Of a DNA stretch of 64,000 nt, positions 1 through 10,269 are shown piece after piece. The position numbers and the translations under genes were made by a program. Positions within the stretch are counted from its first letter, which is position 1; the number at the start of each line of letters is the position of its first letter. This DNA is from Candidatus Hydrogenedentota bacterium. GTDB taxonomy: Bacteria > Hydrogenedentota > Hydrogenedentia > Hydrogenedentales > SLHB01. The DNA lies in the NCBI GenBank assembly GCA_045863335.1, contig BTVY01000024.1:32001-96000 (forward strand), read 5' to 3'. The notes under the pieces were generated by a model. It was not told where the DNA came from. It searched no databases and was given only the letters and a program-made list of their open reading frames with translations.

Positions 1-677
1 GCTGCATGGTTCGCTTCGTTACTCGTTGCGGTTGGTTCCGGTTGCGGATCTTCCAATTCCTTCCGCACATCCGGTGGGAGTTCGTTTACATTCGCATGCT
101 GACTCAGTTGCAGTACACGGATATACGCCGCGATAGCCCATCGATCTTCCGGTTCGATGCGCGACGCGTAGCTGTACATCACGCCGAATCCGTTGGTGAT
201 CACGTCGAAGAAGTATCCCGGAGGCGATTCCTGCAGGCGGGGAATGTGGTAGTTGCCCGCCTGCTTCATTTCCCGCTGCACGATCATGCCGTTTCCGTCG
301 CCGATGGGGCTGTGGCACGGCGCGCAGAAGATCGCGTAGCGTTCTTTGCCACGTTCCAGGACCTCGCGCGTCACTTCGAACGGGAAGACGCTGGCGTATT
401 CGCCGTTGATCTTGCCCGTATACATAAAGTCGCCGATATTGGCCGACGCGCCGTAGGGCACGACGTTATCCGGCAAAGACAGCGCGGTCCGGCCATCGTC
501 CATAAACGGCGCGAACGCTTCCTTCTCCAACGGTTTGATGCGGCCGCGGTCCCACATGCCCTGGTGACACCCAGACGCAGCGATTGCCGCGATTACGGCA
601 ACAATCGCGACGAATACGCGAACCGAATGGGCGCGTTTGGGGCACTGGAACAATGCCTCTGATAATCTGTTCGTCAT
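1..677 (-). CDS. actE: Alternative complex III monoheme cytochrome c lipoprotein ActE (3' end beyond window)
   Basis: Not in the ORF track; translated by hand from ATG 677, which overlaps the actD stop: MTNRLSEALF...IAAIAASG-C (lipobox), ERGKERYAIFCAPCH (CxxCH), YFFDVITNGFGVMYSYASRIEPEDRWAIAAYIRVLQ. Open to the window edge. Confidence 0.9.
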   Translation of the reverse strand, partial: MTNRLSEALFQCPKRAHSVRVFVAIVAVIAAIAASGCHQGMWDRGRIKPLEKEAFAPFMDDGRTALSLPDNVVPYGASANIGDFMYTGKINGEYASVFPFEVTREVLERGKERYAIFCAPCHSPIGDGNGMIVQREMKQAGNYHIPRLQESPPGYFFDVITNGFGVMYSYASRIEPEDRWAIAAYIRVLQLSQHANVNELPPDVRKELEDPQPEPTATSNEANHA

Positions 678-1237
678 CACTGCTCTACCACCGAGACCGC
701 TTTCGCGCCCAGCCCTTCCAGGAACACGCGGGTCTCGCCTTCGTCGTACTTGTCGTCATTCGCTTCGATACACAAGAAGAACGCATCGCGCGATGCCAGG
801 TCGAACCGGGGCGCGTTGAACATGGGGTGATACGGCATCGGCAGGCCGTTCATGGCAAACATGCCAAACACTGCCGAGAAGGCCGCGAACAAGATGCCCA
901 TCTCGAACGTGATCGGTATGTACATGGGCCAACTCATCAAGGGGCGGCCGCCAATCAGATACGGGTAATGCAACACCATGGCGATGTATTGCATCAGGAA
1001 TCCCGACGCCGCGCCGGTCAAGCCCCCCGCCAAAACCAGCGGAGCGACCATGTTCTTCTTGAAACCGACCGCCTCATCCAGCCCGTGAATCGGGAACGGC
1101 GTGTAGGCTTCGAACTGCCGGTAGCCTTCCTTGTAGGTCCGCTGCGCGGCCGACAAGATGACGTCGGGGTCGTCGAATTCCGCGACCAGGCCGTACACCT
1201 TCGGGCCGTCGGAATCTATCTCGTGTTCAGCGTGCAT
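677..1237 (-). CDS. actD: Alternative complex III subunit ActD (DUF3341)
   Basis: GLVAEFDDP, EAYTPFPIHGLDEA, two TM helices, PITFEMGILFAAF; lies between actC and actE. Confidence 0.92.
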   Translation of the reverse strand: MHAEHEIDSDGPKVYGLVAEFDDPDVILSAAQRTYKEGYRQFEAYTPFPIHGLDEAVGFKKNMVAPLVLAGGLTGAASGFLMQYIAMVLHYPYLIGGRPLMSWPMYIPITFEMGILFAAFSAVFGMFAMNGLPMPYHPMFNAPRFDLASRDAFFLCIEANDDKYDEGETRVFLEGLGAKAVSVVEQ

Positions 1238-1240
1238 CCC

Positions 1241-2659
1241 TTAGTGGTCCTCGACTTGCTTATGGGATTCCCGTTGCTTTTGCTGATGCAACAGGGCTTT
1301 CAATTCGAATACGGAAATCATGGGCAGGAACCGCACGAACAACAGGAACAGGAACAGGAACAGTCCAATCGTGCCCAGGTAGGTCGCCCAATCCCAGAAC
1401 GTCCCGTGGTAATTACCCCAGGACGAGGGCAGGAAGTCGCGGGCCAGACTCGTCACGACGATGACGTAGCGTTCGAGCCACATGCCCACACTGACGACCA
1501 TGCAGATGGCGAACAGGATGTACAGGTTGTAACGCACCCGCTTGAACCAGAGGAACTGCGGAACCAGGCCGTTGCAGAAGATGAGCGCCCAGTAGGACCA
1601 TGCGTAGTGGCTCGCGCCGCCGGTGACGCCCATGCGGTTGGTAAACATCATGTATTTCTCGTAGATGTTGCCGCTGTACCAGGCGTAAAAGGCTTCCGAC
1701 GCGTATCCGTACAAGACGATCAGCCCGGTGACCAACATGACTTTCGCCATGTTGTCGATGTGCTTCATCGTAATGAGGTCTTCAATGTGGTAGAGCTTGC
1801 GCACGGGAATCGCGAGGGTCAGCACCATCGCAAATCCGGCGTACACGGCGCCCGCGACGAAGTACGGCGGGAAGATCGTCGTATGCCACCCGGGAATGAT
1901 GCCCACGGCGAAGTCGAAACTCACGACGCTGTGCACCGACACCACGAGGGGCGTCGAGATGCCCGCAAGCAGCAGATAGGCCATTTCATAACGCGACCAG
2001 TGGCGGGCCGAGCCGCGCCATCCGAGGGCGCCCATACCGAAGGCGATCTTGGCGAAGCGGTTTTTCGCGCGGTCGCGCAGCCCCGCCAAGTCAGGCACAA
2101 GGCCGACGTACCAGAATAGCGCGGACACGGTGCCGTACGTGGAGATGGCGAACACGTCCCACACGAGCGGGCTGCGGAACTGCGGCCACAGCGCCATCGT
2201 ATTCGGATACGGCAAGATGAAGTAGAACAGCCACGGGCGGCCCATGTGGAGCAGCGGGAACAAACCCGCGCACGCCACGGCGAACAGCGTCATGGCCTCG
2301 GCGAACCGGTTGATGGACGTGCGCCAATCCTGCATAAGCAGAAGAAGAATGGCTGAAATGAGCGTTCCCGCGTGGCCGATACCAATCCACCACACGAAGT
2401 TGATGATGGCCCAGCCCCAGGCGACGGGAATCTGGATGCCCCAGATTCCAACGCCTTTGGCAAACAGATAGCCCACCGCGTTGAGGAGAAGCAGGAGCAA
2501 CAGGGATGCAACCCCCATCGTGATGAACCACGATTTGGGGTGCGGCTTCCGATCGACGATGTCGTTGACCTTGTCGGTCAACGTACCGTAGTCGTGTCCC
2601 GGCTCCAATAAGGGCGGCTGGGGATCAATGTCCGTGAGTTTGTTCTGTACCACTGCCAT
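1241..2659 (-). CDS. actC: Alternative complex III quinol-binding membrane subunit ActC (NrfD/PsrC family)
   Basis: WGWAIINFVWWIGIGHAGTLISAIL, WRTSINRFAEAMT, HMGRPW, SPLVWDVFAISTY. Start taken at MAVVQ (2659). Confidence 0.95.
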   Translation of the reverse strand: MAVVQNKLTDIDPQPPLLEPGHDYGTLTDKVNDIVDRKPHPKSWFITMGVASLLLLLLLNAVGYLFAKGVGIWGIQIPVAWGWAIINFVWWIGIGHAGTLISAILLLLMQDWRTSINRFAEAMTLFAVACAGLFPLLHMGRPWLFYFILPYPNTMALWPQFRSPLVWDVFAISTYGTVSALFWYVGLVPDLAGLRDRAKNRFAKIAFGMGALGWRGSARHWSRYEMAYLLLAGISTPLVVSVHSVVSFDFAVGIIPGWHTTIFPPYFVAGAVYAGFAMVLTLAIPVRKLYHIEDLITMKHIDNMAKVMLVTGLIVLYGYASEAFYAWYSGNIYEKYMMFTNRMGVTGGASHYAWSYWALIFCNGLVPQFLWFKRVRYNLYILFAICMVVSVGMWLERYVIVVTSLARDFLPSSWGNYHGTFWDWATYLGTIGLFLFLFLLFVRFLPMISVFELKALLHQQKQRESHKQVEDH

Positions 2660-5600
2660 GTGTCGTAGGCGCCTCAAGCTCGGGGTTCGGGTTGCGAAGT
2701 TTTGCCAAATAGGTCGTCCGGGGACGGGTATTCAGGTCGGCGAGCAGGCCGTAGTTGCGCGGGCTCGCCTTCCATTTCGATACGGTGCTGTCCGGATCGC
2801 TGATATCGCCAAAGACGATCGCGCCGGCGGGGCAGGCGGTCTGGCACGCGGTAACGATCTCGCCGTCGCGCACCTTGCGTCCTTCCTTCTTGGCCTCGAT
2901 ACGGGCCAGATTGATGCGCTGCACGCAGTAGGTGCATTTCTCCATGACGCCGCGGGTTCGGACGGTTACGTCGGGGTTGTATGCCATCTGCCGCACCGGA
3001 GTGCTGCGGTCGGAGTATTCCAGGAAGTTGAAGCGGCGCACTTTGTAAGGACAGTTGTTCGAGCAATACCGGGTCCCGACGCAACGGTTGTACACCATGT
3101 CGTTGAGGCCCTCTGCACTGTGAACGGTTGCCGCCACCGGGCAAACGACTTCACAGGGGGCATTCTCGCACTGCATGCACGGCACGGGCTGATGAACCAC
3201 TTCGGGATCGCCCGCGGGATCGCCTTTGTAATAGCGGTCGACGCGAATCCAGTGCATCTCGCGCTGGGCGATGACCTGGTCCCGGCCCACGACGGGGATG
3301 TTGTTTTCCGCCTGACACGCGATGGTGCAAACGCCGCATCCGGTGCAGGCGTTGAGGTCGATGGCCATCCCCCACTTGTATCCGTCGTACTCGTGTTCGG
3401 GGAACAGGGTCATGTCCTGCGCGGGGACGTGGCCCATGTGCTGGGCAAATTCGGGGTGTTCCTCAAACTCGTGGAGCGTGCCGACGCGCGCCAGGGGGCG
3501 GCCTTCCTGCGTCAGCACTTGATGCAACTCGGTGCGCGCCAACTGAGCGCCCGTGCTGATTCGGCGCAGCACGGCGCCGACGGCAAACTGCATCGTGTCG
3601 GCGGTACGCAAAAGATAGGCGTTGAACCCGGCACCGTTGCCAACCTTGCCCGCGCGGTCGCGACCATACCCCAGGTGCAACGTCACGGTGTTGTCCGGAT
3701 GACCGGGCTGCACCCAGATTTGCCCCTTCGCCGTCCGCTCGCCCGCCTTGACCTCGACCACGTCGAAGACGTTGAGGCCCAGCTGTCGAGCGGTTTCAAA
3801 ACTGACGATTACGGCATTGTCCCACGTCAGCTTGGTGAGCGGTTTGGGCAATTCCTGCAACCAACCATTGTTGGCCCAACGGCCATCCCCGATCGTGGGG
3901 TCCGGCCGGAAGACAACTTCCAACTCGCCTTCGCCGGAAATCGTCGCGGCCTGTGTGGCGGCATTCGCGCTGAGCGCTACGGACTTCGGCTGAAACGCCG
4001 TGTTTTCAATGAATCCTTTGCTCAACGCGGTTCGCCACGCCACATCGAAGCCCGTTTGCCCAAGCTGGCTTTGCCAATACTGGCGAACCACGTCGTAGGC
4101 GGAAGCGGGCTGTCCGGCAATCGCCGACACCATTTCTTGCGCGGTCTTACCACCGTACAGCGGGACGATGAGCGGCTGAATGATGCTGACCGTTCCGTCG
4201 ATGGAACGAACGTCGTCCCAAGACTCCAGATAGTGAGCCTGGGGGATGTGCCAATGACAGAGCACGCCGGTCTCATCCACATAGAGGCCGAGGTGGATGC
4301 GATGACTTACCTTGTCCAGGGCGGCCGCGAAATTGAGGTCGGCGGGGGCGTTGTACACCGGGTTCCCGCCGAGGATAACCAGCGTGTGGACCTTGCCGGC
4401 TTCCATATCGCGAACGAGTTCGCGCAAAGACTCGATTTGATTGACCGGCTCGGCTTCGACCGGGTCCGTGTAGACGACGGATTTGCCGGCGTTGCCGAGG
4501 GCATCATTCATTGCGTGCGCCAACGCGTGGAGCGACGCGGGTTGACCGTCGCCCGGCACCACGACGCAGGCGCCCGGGTGCCCTTTAAGATCCGCGGCCA
4601 CGGCGGCGACCCATTCCTGCAAGGACCCGTCGGGATCCGCGCCCGGGGCGGCAACGCCGATGGCGCGCGCGATGGCGCGCGCGATGATTTCGACCTGGCT
4701 CGGCGCCACATGCTTGACGTGGTCGGCGGAGGCGCCCGTCAACGTGGGGGTGCTTTCCAGAGCGTAGAGGCGATTCATGTTGGGGTGCGCCCCTTCCACG
4801 GACCGTCGCTTCGCAAAATCATTTGCGTATCGGACACATCCCGGCGCACCGCCAAGCAGGTCCGCATCGAGCGTCAAGATGACATCGGCCTTCGAGAGGT
4901 CATACCGCGTTTCGACGTACTGACCGAAGGCCGTCTGGGCGCCGGCGCGGGCGGAATCGCGGTTCACCGGCTCGTACTGGTGCCAGCGCGCCGACGGCAT
5001 GGCTTCGAGAAGCGCGCGAATGCCCGCCGCCAGAGAAGGCGAACCGACGGTTTCCGTCAGAATGCGAAGCCCTTCACCGGCGCTGTCGCGAAGACCCTCG
5101 CCGATCTTTGCCCCGGCGGAGTCTTTGGGTCCGTTCACCAGAACGTCCATTTCGCTCGTGAAGATGTCCCACGTGGAGATCCGCCCGAGTTTGAGCGGTG
5201 CCGTCGACCGATCCGGATCGTAGAGACTCAATACGGAAGCCTGCGCGAAGATATCGGTCGCGCCATTGGCGGTGCTTGCGGGATGAAGGGGATTCCCCTC
5301 GATCTTCGTCGGGCGGCCGGTGTGGCTCTCGGCCAGCAGACCGATGCCGTATCCGGACAAGGGCATGGCCGTCGCAAAGTACATAGGCGCGCCGGGAACC
5401 ATCTCCTTCGGCGGTGTCACGTAGGGGATGATGTGTTCGGTTGGCTGGCGCGAGCATGCCGAGGTCAAACCGGCAAGCGCCAGCGACGCCCCCATGACCT
5501 TGAGGAACTTGCGGCGCTCCACGCCGCTTTCCATCACCGACGCTTCGCGTGGAAACTCGCGGTAGAGGAAATCGCGGAACTCTTCCGTGTCCGCCAGTTG

Positions 5601-5732
5601 CTCCAGCCCCTGCCAGTACTCCGGACCGCTCCGTTCCTGCAAGCGTTCCCGGATCGTGTCGAGGTTAATGGGTTCCCGTGTTTTTTCTTCGGTATTCACG
5701 ATTGAATTTGCACCTGGCTTCACACTGCTCAT
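2625..5732 (-). CDS. actB: Alternative complex III subunit ActB (Tat signal, molybdopterin-oxidoreductase-like domain plus 4Fe-4S domain)
   Basis: ERRKFLK Tat motif, GRPTKIEGNPLHP, CTGCGVCTIAC, CMQCENAPCEVVCP, CVGTRYCSNNCPY, MEKCTYC. ATG 5732 overlaps the actA stop. Confidence 0.95.
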   Translation of the reverse strand: MSSVKPGANSIVNTEEKTREPINLDTIRERLQERSGPEYWQGLEQLADTEEFRDFLYREFPREASVMESGVERRKFLKVMGASLALAGLTSACSRQPTEHIIPYVTPPKEMVPGAPMYFATAMPLSGYGIGLLAESHTGRPTKIEGNPLHPASTANGATDIFAQASVLSLYDPDRSTAPLKLGRISTWDIFTSEMDVLVNGPKDSAGAKIGEGLRDSAGEGLRILTETVGSPSLAAGIRALLEAMPSARWHQYEPVNRDSARAGAQTAFGQYVETRYDLSKADVILTLDADLLGGAPGCVRYANDFAKRRSVEGAHPNMNRLYALESTPTLTGASADHVKHVAPSQVEIIARAIARAIGVAAPGADPDGSLQEWVAAVAADLKGHPGACVVVPGDGQPASLHALAHAMNDALGNAGKSVVYTDPVEAEPVNQIESLRELVRDMEAGKVHTLVILGGNPVYNAPADLNFAAALDKVSHRIHLGLYVDETGVLCHWHIPQAHYLESWDDVRSIDGTVSIIQPLIVPLYGGKTAQEMVSAIAGQPASAYDVVRQYWQSQLGQTGFDVAWRTALSKGFIENTAFQPKSVALSANAATQAATISGEGELEVVFRPDPTIGDGRWANNGWLQELPKPLTKLTWDNAVIVSFETARQLGLNVFDVVEVKAGERTAKGQIWVQPGHPDNTVTLHLGYGRDRAGKVGNGAGFNAYLLRTADTMQFAVGAVLRRISTGAQLARTELHQVLTQEGRPLARVGTLHEFEEHPEFAQHMGHVPAQDMTLFPEHEYDGYKWGMAIDLNACTGCGVCTIACQAENNIPVVGRDQVIAQREMHWIRVDRYYKGDPAGDPEVVHQPVPCMQCENAPCEVVCPVAATVHSAEGLNDMVYNRCVGTRYCSNNCPYKVRRFNFLEYSDRSTPVRQMAYNPDVTVRTRGVMEKCTYCVQRINLARIEAKKEGRKVRDGEIVTACQTACPAGAIVFGDISDPDSTVSKWKASPRNYGLLADLNTRPRTTYLAKLRNPNPELEAPTTHGSGTEQTHGH

Positions 5733-6391
5733 CGGTGGCACACCGAACAGTTGGTCAACTGCTGTTTGTTGATGTCGTACTCTTCAACGAGGCGCTTGCC
5801 CATCTCGAGCTGGGATTCCTCTCCCGAAGGCCTCCAGTTCATGTTGAACACTTCTTCCTTGGGCCGGATGAACTTTTCCGGCGCCTTATGGCATTCGAGA
5901 CACCACTGCATGTGAAGCGTCTGCCCCTTCGACATGAGTGGCATCTGATTCACCTGGCCGTGACACGTGACGCAGCCAATGCCCTTGTTCACATGGATGC
6001 TATGATTGAAATAGACGAAGTCAGGAAGATCGTTGACGCGAACCCACTCCAGCGGCTCTCCTGTGGCCCAGCTCTGACGCACCGGCTCCAACATGGGCGC
6101 TTCGGTCCAAACCTGTGAGTGGCAGGTCATGCACGTTTCGGTCGGAGGGATTCCCGCGAAGGCATTGTCCTCCACGGAGGTATGGCAGAACCGGCAATCG
6201 ATGCCGAGGGCGTCCACATGGTGCTTATGGCTGAATGGCACGGTTTGTTCGCGAGCCATACCTACGCGGGTCACGAATGGAGAACGATAGAAGATGCCCG
6301 CACCTGCGCAAATGACCCCTAAGAGAAGGACCCCCCCAATGATGCTTCCACGGGCGACCGTGTTCATGCTGGACGGGAAAATCTGTGCCAC
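5729..6391 (-). CDS. actA: Alternative complex III pentaheme cytochrome c ActA
   Basis: N-terminal TM and five CxxCH motifs (CRFCH, CMTCH, CVTCH, CLECH, CSVCH); PFSHKHH, LPDFVYFNHSIH. Confidence 0.95.
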   Translation of the reverse strand: MAQIFPSSMNTVARGSIIGGVLLLGVICAGAGIFYRSPFVTRVGMAREQTVPFSHKHHVDALGIDCRFCHTSVEDNAFAGIPPTETCMTCHSQVWTEAPMLEPVRQSWATGEPLEWVRVNDLPDFVYFNHSIHVNKGIGCVTCHGQVNQMPLMSKGQTLHMQWCLECHKAPEKFIRPKEEVFNMNWRPSGEESQLEMGKRLVEEYDINKQQLTNCSVCHR

Positions 6392-6685
6392 CTGAATACC
6401 TCATCCCACGTACATCAATCCGGCGCACGGCGGGGAGGCAATACCTCTCCCCCGTTCGCAGCGCGACAGAACTTGCTCGCACGTGTCTGATACGTTCCCC
6501 GGCACCAGTACCGGGTCAGCCTTGCCTGATGTTTCCGGACAGAGTTCTCTTGAGAGCGGACTACCACTCGTGTTGGAATCTGAACCGATTGCCTGAAGCG
6601 CCGGTACGTGAACCCGCTTGTCAGCGCACTTCCCGCGACGCCCTACCAACTGCGTCTACGAGAGCCCAACGCTCAGGGAGCCGTG

Positions 6686-6714
6686 AGTGTAATGGCTCCG
6701 ATCCCGAAAGTCAA
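6686..6714 (-). promoter_or_regulatory. Putative sigma70 promoter of the act operon
   Basis: Minus strand TTGACT-N17-TACACT, about 290 nt upstream of actA. Confidence 0.55.
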
Positions 6715-7127
6715 CAACTTTTTCGCGATCAATTTCGCGATTCATCGGTAACTGTATCTGCCCCATGGACTCCGGAACGGGAATATTGGACGCAGGTTGC
6801 TCAAAAAACTGGATTTAGCGAGTTTTTCAGGCGGCGTAGAAATGGATCGTTGGGCGATGCTGGGTCCTGGCACAGCGCGTTCGAACAACGGCCGCAGAAG
6901 GGATTCCATCCGTGAGATCGCGCACGATTACCGGATGCGTTGTGACGGCCAAGAACAAAGACACGCGTCAAGCCGCGCACGCTCTCGCGACCTCGTCCAC
7001 TCGCCATCCAAGTGTTTGCCAAGGGGGTGAAGTTTTTGAAGTGTTCATGGGGCGTTGCCCCATGCTGGTATAGAGCGCGCCGTTGGCGCAGGTATCACGA
7101 TAGCTCGTGTCACAAAGTAATTCTCCC

Positions 7128-7215
7128 GAGGGCCAACGGCCCGAACCATACCAGCCTGGGCCGCAGGCCCAGGGCCAGGAAAAATCACTTGCCGAGAGGG
7201 CTGAAAGCCCGGCCT
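7128..7215. repeat. REP-like palindromic element
   Basis: Three short hairpins: GGGCCAACGGCCC, CCTGGGCCGCAGGCCCAGG and GGGCTGAAAGCCC. Architecture resembles the element at 25830-26028. Confidence 0.6.
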
Positions 7216-7364
7216 ATTGCCCACGACGAGTCGGGCCAAATAATTGCAAATCTATTGCGGTTCGTGGGGCCGTGCGGGTTGAAATGTCAGCACCGCACCC
7301 TTTGTAAGGATATATTTCAAAAGCGCATACAACCGACCGGGGAGCGGGAACAACGAATGCGTCA

Positions 7365-7399
7365 TTGCGATCAGGTGGTTTATGTTCTAGACTTTGAAC
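7365..7399 (+). promoter_or_regulatory. Putative sigma70 promoter with overlapping imperfect palindrome (candidate operator) for the XRE-ahcY unit
   Basis: TTGCGA-N17-TAGACT (7365-7393); GTTC-N8-GAAC (7384-7399) covers the -10 box. Confidence 0.45.
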
Positions 7400-7426
7400 G
7401 GGTATTGGCAGTCCGAGGTGATATAC

Positions 7427-8182
7427 ATGCTGCTTTCAGATTTGGCGAAGCGGATTCGTTCGAAACGCGAGAAGCGCGGTCTGAAACAGCAGGACATCGC
7501 CAACGCATTGAATGTCAGTCCCCAAGCCGTCTCCAAGTGGGAGCGCGGCGAGAACGCGCCGGATATCGCGGTGCTCGGGCCTTTGGCCAAGCTGCTGGAT
7601 GTTTCCGTGGATTGGCTGCTGGGGACGCGCGAGGAAGGCGTCGACGTGTTCCAGGCGAGCGTACTCGTCAGCAGCATCTCCGGCGCCTATGAGAAGTCGT
7701 TGCATATGCAGGCCCGGGATTTCGCCATCTGGGCGAATGGCCTGTTCTACCAGTTGACAGAGATTACGCTGCGGCACGACGGCATTCCCGTGAAGTACAT
7801 GGGCGACCGGTATCTCGCCTTCTTTTCGGGCACGAGCCATCCGGAGCGCGCGCTTCAGACCGCCGCCGAGGGCCGCGTGCTGATCGGCGACGACCTCCGG
7901 ATCGGCCTGAGCACGGGCGAGATTTACCTCGGTTCCGTCGGCCACCCGGATTACGCGCGGCCCGACATCATGGGGTCGACGGTGAATCTGGCGTTTCTGA
8001 CCCTTGACTGGGCCGAGAAGAACGCGGAGAGCGGCTTGGCCGCACCGAAGGCGATGGTCGACGGTCAGACGTTGGAGGTCGACGTCGGACGGCGGGCCAA
8101 GGTGAATTTCCTGGACATCGACCGTGCCGTGGAAGTTTGTGAATTGTGCATCACCGGTTCCCTGGCGAACCGCGAAAAATAA
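7427..8182 (+). CDS. XRE-family HTH regulator fused to a degenerate class III nucleotidyl cyclase domain
   Basis: HTH: RIRSKREKRGLKQQDIANALNVSPQAVSKWERGENAPD. Cyclase motifs: HDGIPVKYMGD, LRIGLSTGEIYLG, DIMGSTVNLA. RBS GAGGTG before ATG 7427. Confidence 0.85.
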   Translation: MLLSDLAKRIRSKREKRGLKQQDIANALNVSPQAVSKWERGENAPDIAVLGPLAKLLDVSVDWLLGTREEGVDVFQASVLVSSISGAYEKSLHMQARDFAIWANGLFYQLTEITLRHDGIPVKYMGDRYLAFFSGTSHPERALQTAAEGRVLIGDDLRIGLSTGEIYLGSVGHPDYARPDIMGSTVNLAFLTLDWAEKNAESGLAAPKAMVDGQTLEVDVGRRAKVNFLDIDRAVEVCELCITGSLANREK

Positions 8183-8242
8183 GGAATGGCAACGGACGGG
8201 CCGGCGCGATGCGTCCCGTACATCCAAGGAGGTTTGAAGACG

Positions 8243-9694
8243 ATGAGTCCTGCGACACTCGAAAAACAGGCCGACTACAAGGTCGCCGACCTGGGTCTGG
8301 CCGATTGGGGCCGCAAAGAAATCGACATGGCCGAAAAGGAAATGCCCGGTCTCATGGCGATTCGCGAGCGTTACGCCGCCCAGCAGCCGTTGAAAGGCTA
8401 CCGGGTCATGGGTTCGCTCCACATGACGATTCAGACGGCAGTCCTGATCGAAACGCTTGGCGCATTGGGCGCCGACGTACGCTGGGCGAGCTGCAATATC
8501 TTTTCCACGCAGGATCATGCTGCCGCCGCGATCGCGAAAGCAGGGTACCCCGTGTTCGCGTGGAAGGGCGAGACCCTCGAAGAGTACTGGTGGTGCACGC
8601 TCCAGGCCTTGACGTGGCCGGATGGCAGCGGCCCGCACCTCATCGTCGACGACGGCGGCGACGCGACGTTGCTGATCCATCGCGGGTACGAGTTTGAAGA
8701 AGTGTTCTCGAAAACCGGGAAGCTCCCGGAAGTCAGCACGGAGAATCAGGAAGTCGAGATCGTGGACCGGCTGTTGCACAGCGTCCATGCCGAGCTGCCG
8801 AACAAGTGGCACGGATACGTGAACGACTGGATCGGCGTTTCGGAAGAGACCACGACCGGCGTGCATCGTCTGTATCACATGATGAAGGCGGGCACCCTGC
8901 TGACCCGCGCCATCAACGTGAACGACTCGGTGACGAAGTCGAAGTTCGACAACCTCTACGGCTGCCGCGAGTCGCTGGCCGACGGTATCAAGCGCGCCAC
9001 GGACGTGATGGTCGCGGGCAAGGTCGTCGTGATCGCGGGTTATGGCGACGTGGGCAAAGGCTGCGCGGACGCCATGAAGGGTTTGGGCGCGCGCGTGCTG
9101 ATTACGGAAATCGACCCCATCTGCGCGTTGCAGGCCTGCATGGAAGGCTATGAAGTGTTGACCATGGAAGACGCGGCCCCGAAGGGCGATATCTTCGTCA
9201 CGACGACCGGCTGCTGCGACGTGATCCGTCGCGAGCATCTCCAGAAGATGAAGGACGAAGCCATCGTCTGCAACATCGGCCATTTCGATTCCGAGATCGA
9301 AGTCGCGTGGCTGGAATCGGAAGTCGCCAAGGGCAACGTGACCGAACTGAACATCAAGCCGCAGGTGGACAAGTACATCTTCCCGAACGGCAACTCGGTG
9401 ATTCTGTTAGCGAAGGGCCGCCTCGTGAACCTCGGTTGCGCGACGGGCCACCCCTCCTTCGTCATGTCCAACTCCTTCGCGAACCAGACACTCGCCCAGA
9501 TCTCGCTGGCGACGGAAACGAAGTTGTACGAGTCCGGCAAGGTCTACACCCTGCCGAAGGTCCTCGACGAAGAAGTCGCGCGGCTGCACCTGGAAAAACT
9601 CGGCGCACGCCTCGAACGCCTGTCCGACAAGCAGGCAAACTATCTCGGCGTCCCGGTCGAAGGACCGTACAAGCCGGACCACTACCGCTACTAA
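8243..9694 (+). CDS. ahcY: S-adenosylhomocysteine hydrolase
   Basis: [92 protein letters not shown] before ATG 8243. Confidence 0.98.
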   Translation: MSPATLEKQADYKVADLGLADWGRKEIDMAEKEMPGLMAIRERYAAQQPLKGYRVMGSLHMTIQTAVLIETLGALGADVRWASCNIFSTQDHAAAAIAKAGYPVFAWKGETLEEYWWCTLQALTWPDGSGPHLIVDDGGDATLLIHRGYEFEEVFSKTGKLPEVSTENQEVEIVDRLLHSVHAELPNKWHGYVNDWIGVSEETTTGVHRLYHMMKAGTLLTRAINVNDSVTKSKFDNLYGCRESLADGIKRATDVMVAGKVVVIAGYGDVGKGCADAMKGLGARVLITEIDPICALQACMEGYEVLTMEDAAPKGDIFVTTTGCCDVIRREHLQKMKDEAIVCNIGHFDSEIEVAWLESEVAKGNVTELNIKPQVDKYIFPNGNSVILLAKGRLVNLGCATGHPSFVMSNSFANQTLAQISLATETKLYESGKVYTLPKVLDEEVARLHLEKLGARLERLSDKQANYLGVPVEGPYKPDHYRY

Positions 9695-9720
9695 TCGCAA
9701 TGGACTGACGAAGAGCCAAT

Positions 9721-9760
9721 CGCCGCGTCCGGTGCCAACCGCCGGACGCGGCGTTTTTTG
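9721..9760 (+). terminator. Rho-independent terminator after ahcY
   Basis: CGCCGCGTCCGG / CCGGACGCGGCG 12-bp stem followed by a T tract. Confidence 0.85.
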
Positions 9761-10269
9761 TTGTCCCCAGCCACCATGAGGCAAAGGCCCGACGGAAGGC
9801 CGCACGGCGATCGCCAATCATTGTCGGTAGCTTGGCAGTCCCCGCCTGCCCAACCCGAACCGGCCACCTCAACGGTAATGATTCGTTTCTTGCCAACGCG
9901 GAGACGTACATAGGTCGCCACGTGCGAATCATCTACGTGCCTCCCCGATCAGCAGTAAGGAAAGGGGCCGTCGCCGCGAAAACGGATTGAAGATTCTGGG
10001 CCCCATTAGTACGCGTTGCGGAATGTTCAACAGCGAGCCCTCTCTTCAGCCCCAATCCTCAGAAGTCCCACTGTTGCATTACGACTTGGGCCCCAGAGCC
10101 AAGCCCGATTGCTCGAGTGATACTTGCACGACGGGTACCCTTATAATGCACTTGAATTGGTATGGCATCGAACGCATTCTGCGCCGGTCCCGAACTTCCG
10201 GTCCCAGCTGAATCAGAGTGAAGCTCTCGTCATCAAGACACAACCTGTCACAGGTCCCGCCGCCGTGGC

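Noticed and set aside
2628-5705. 1025-aa plus-strand ORF, and similar long antisense ORFs such as 7436-9283, 17585-18823 and 34539-36266
   Set aside because: Shadow frames of GC-rich genes on the opposite strand, with no motifs.
1241-5732. Polysulfide or tetrathionate reductase
   Set aside because: The pentaheme ActA, fused ActB, ActD and ActE gene order identifies Alternative Complex III.
7427-8182. Active adenylate cyclase
   Set aside because: The first metal-binding Asp and the catalytic Arg positions are substituted.
8183-8242. SAH or SAM riboswitch before ahcY
   Set aside because: The 60-nt gap shows no recognisable aptamer consensus.
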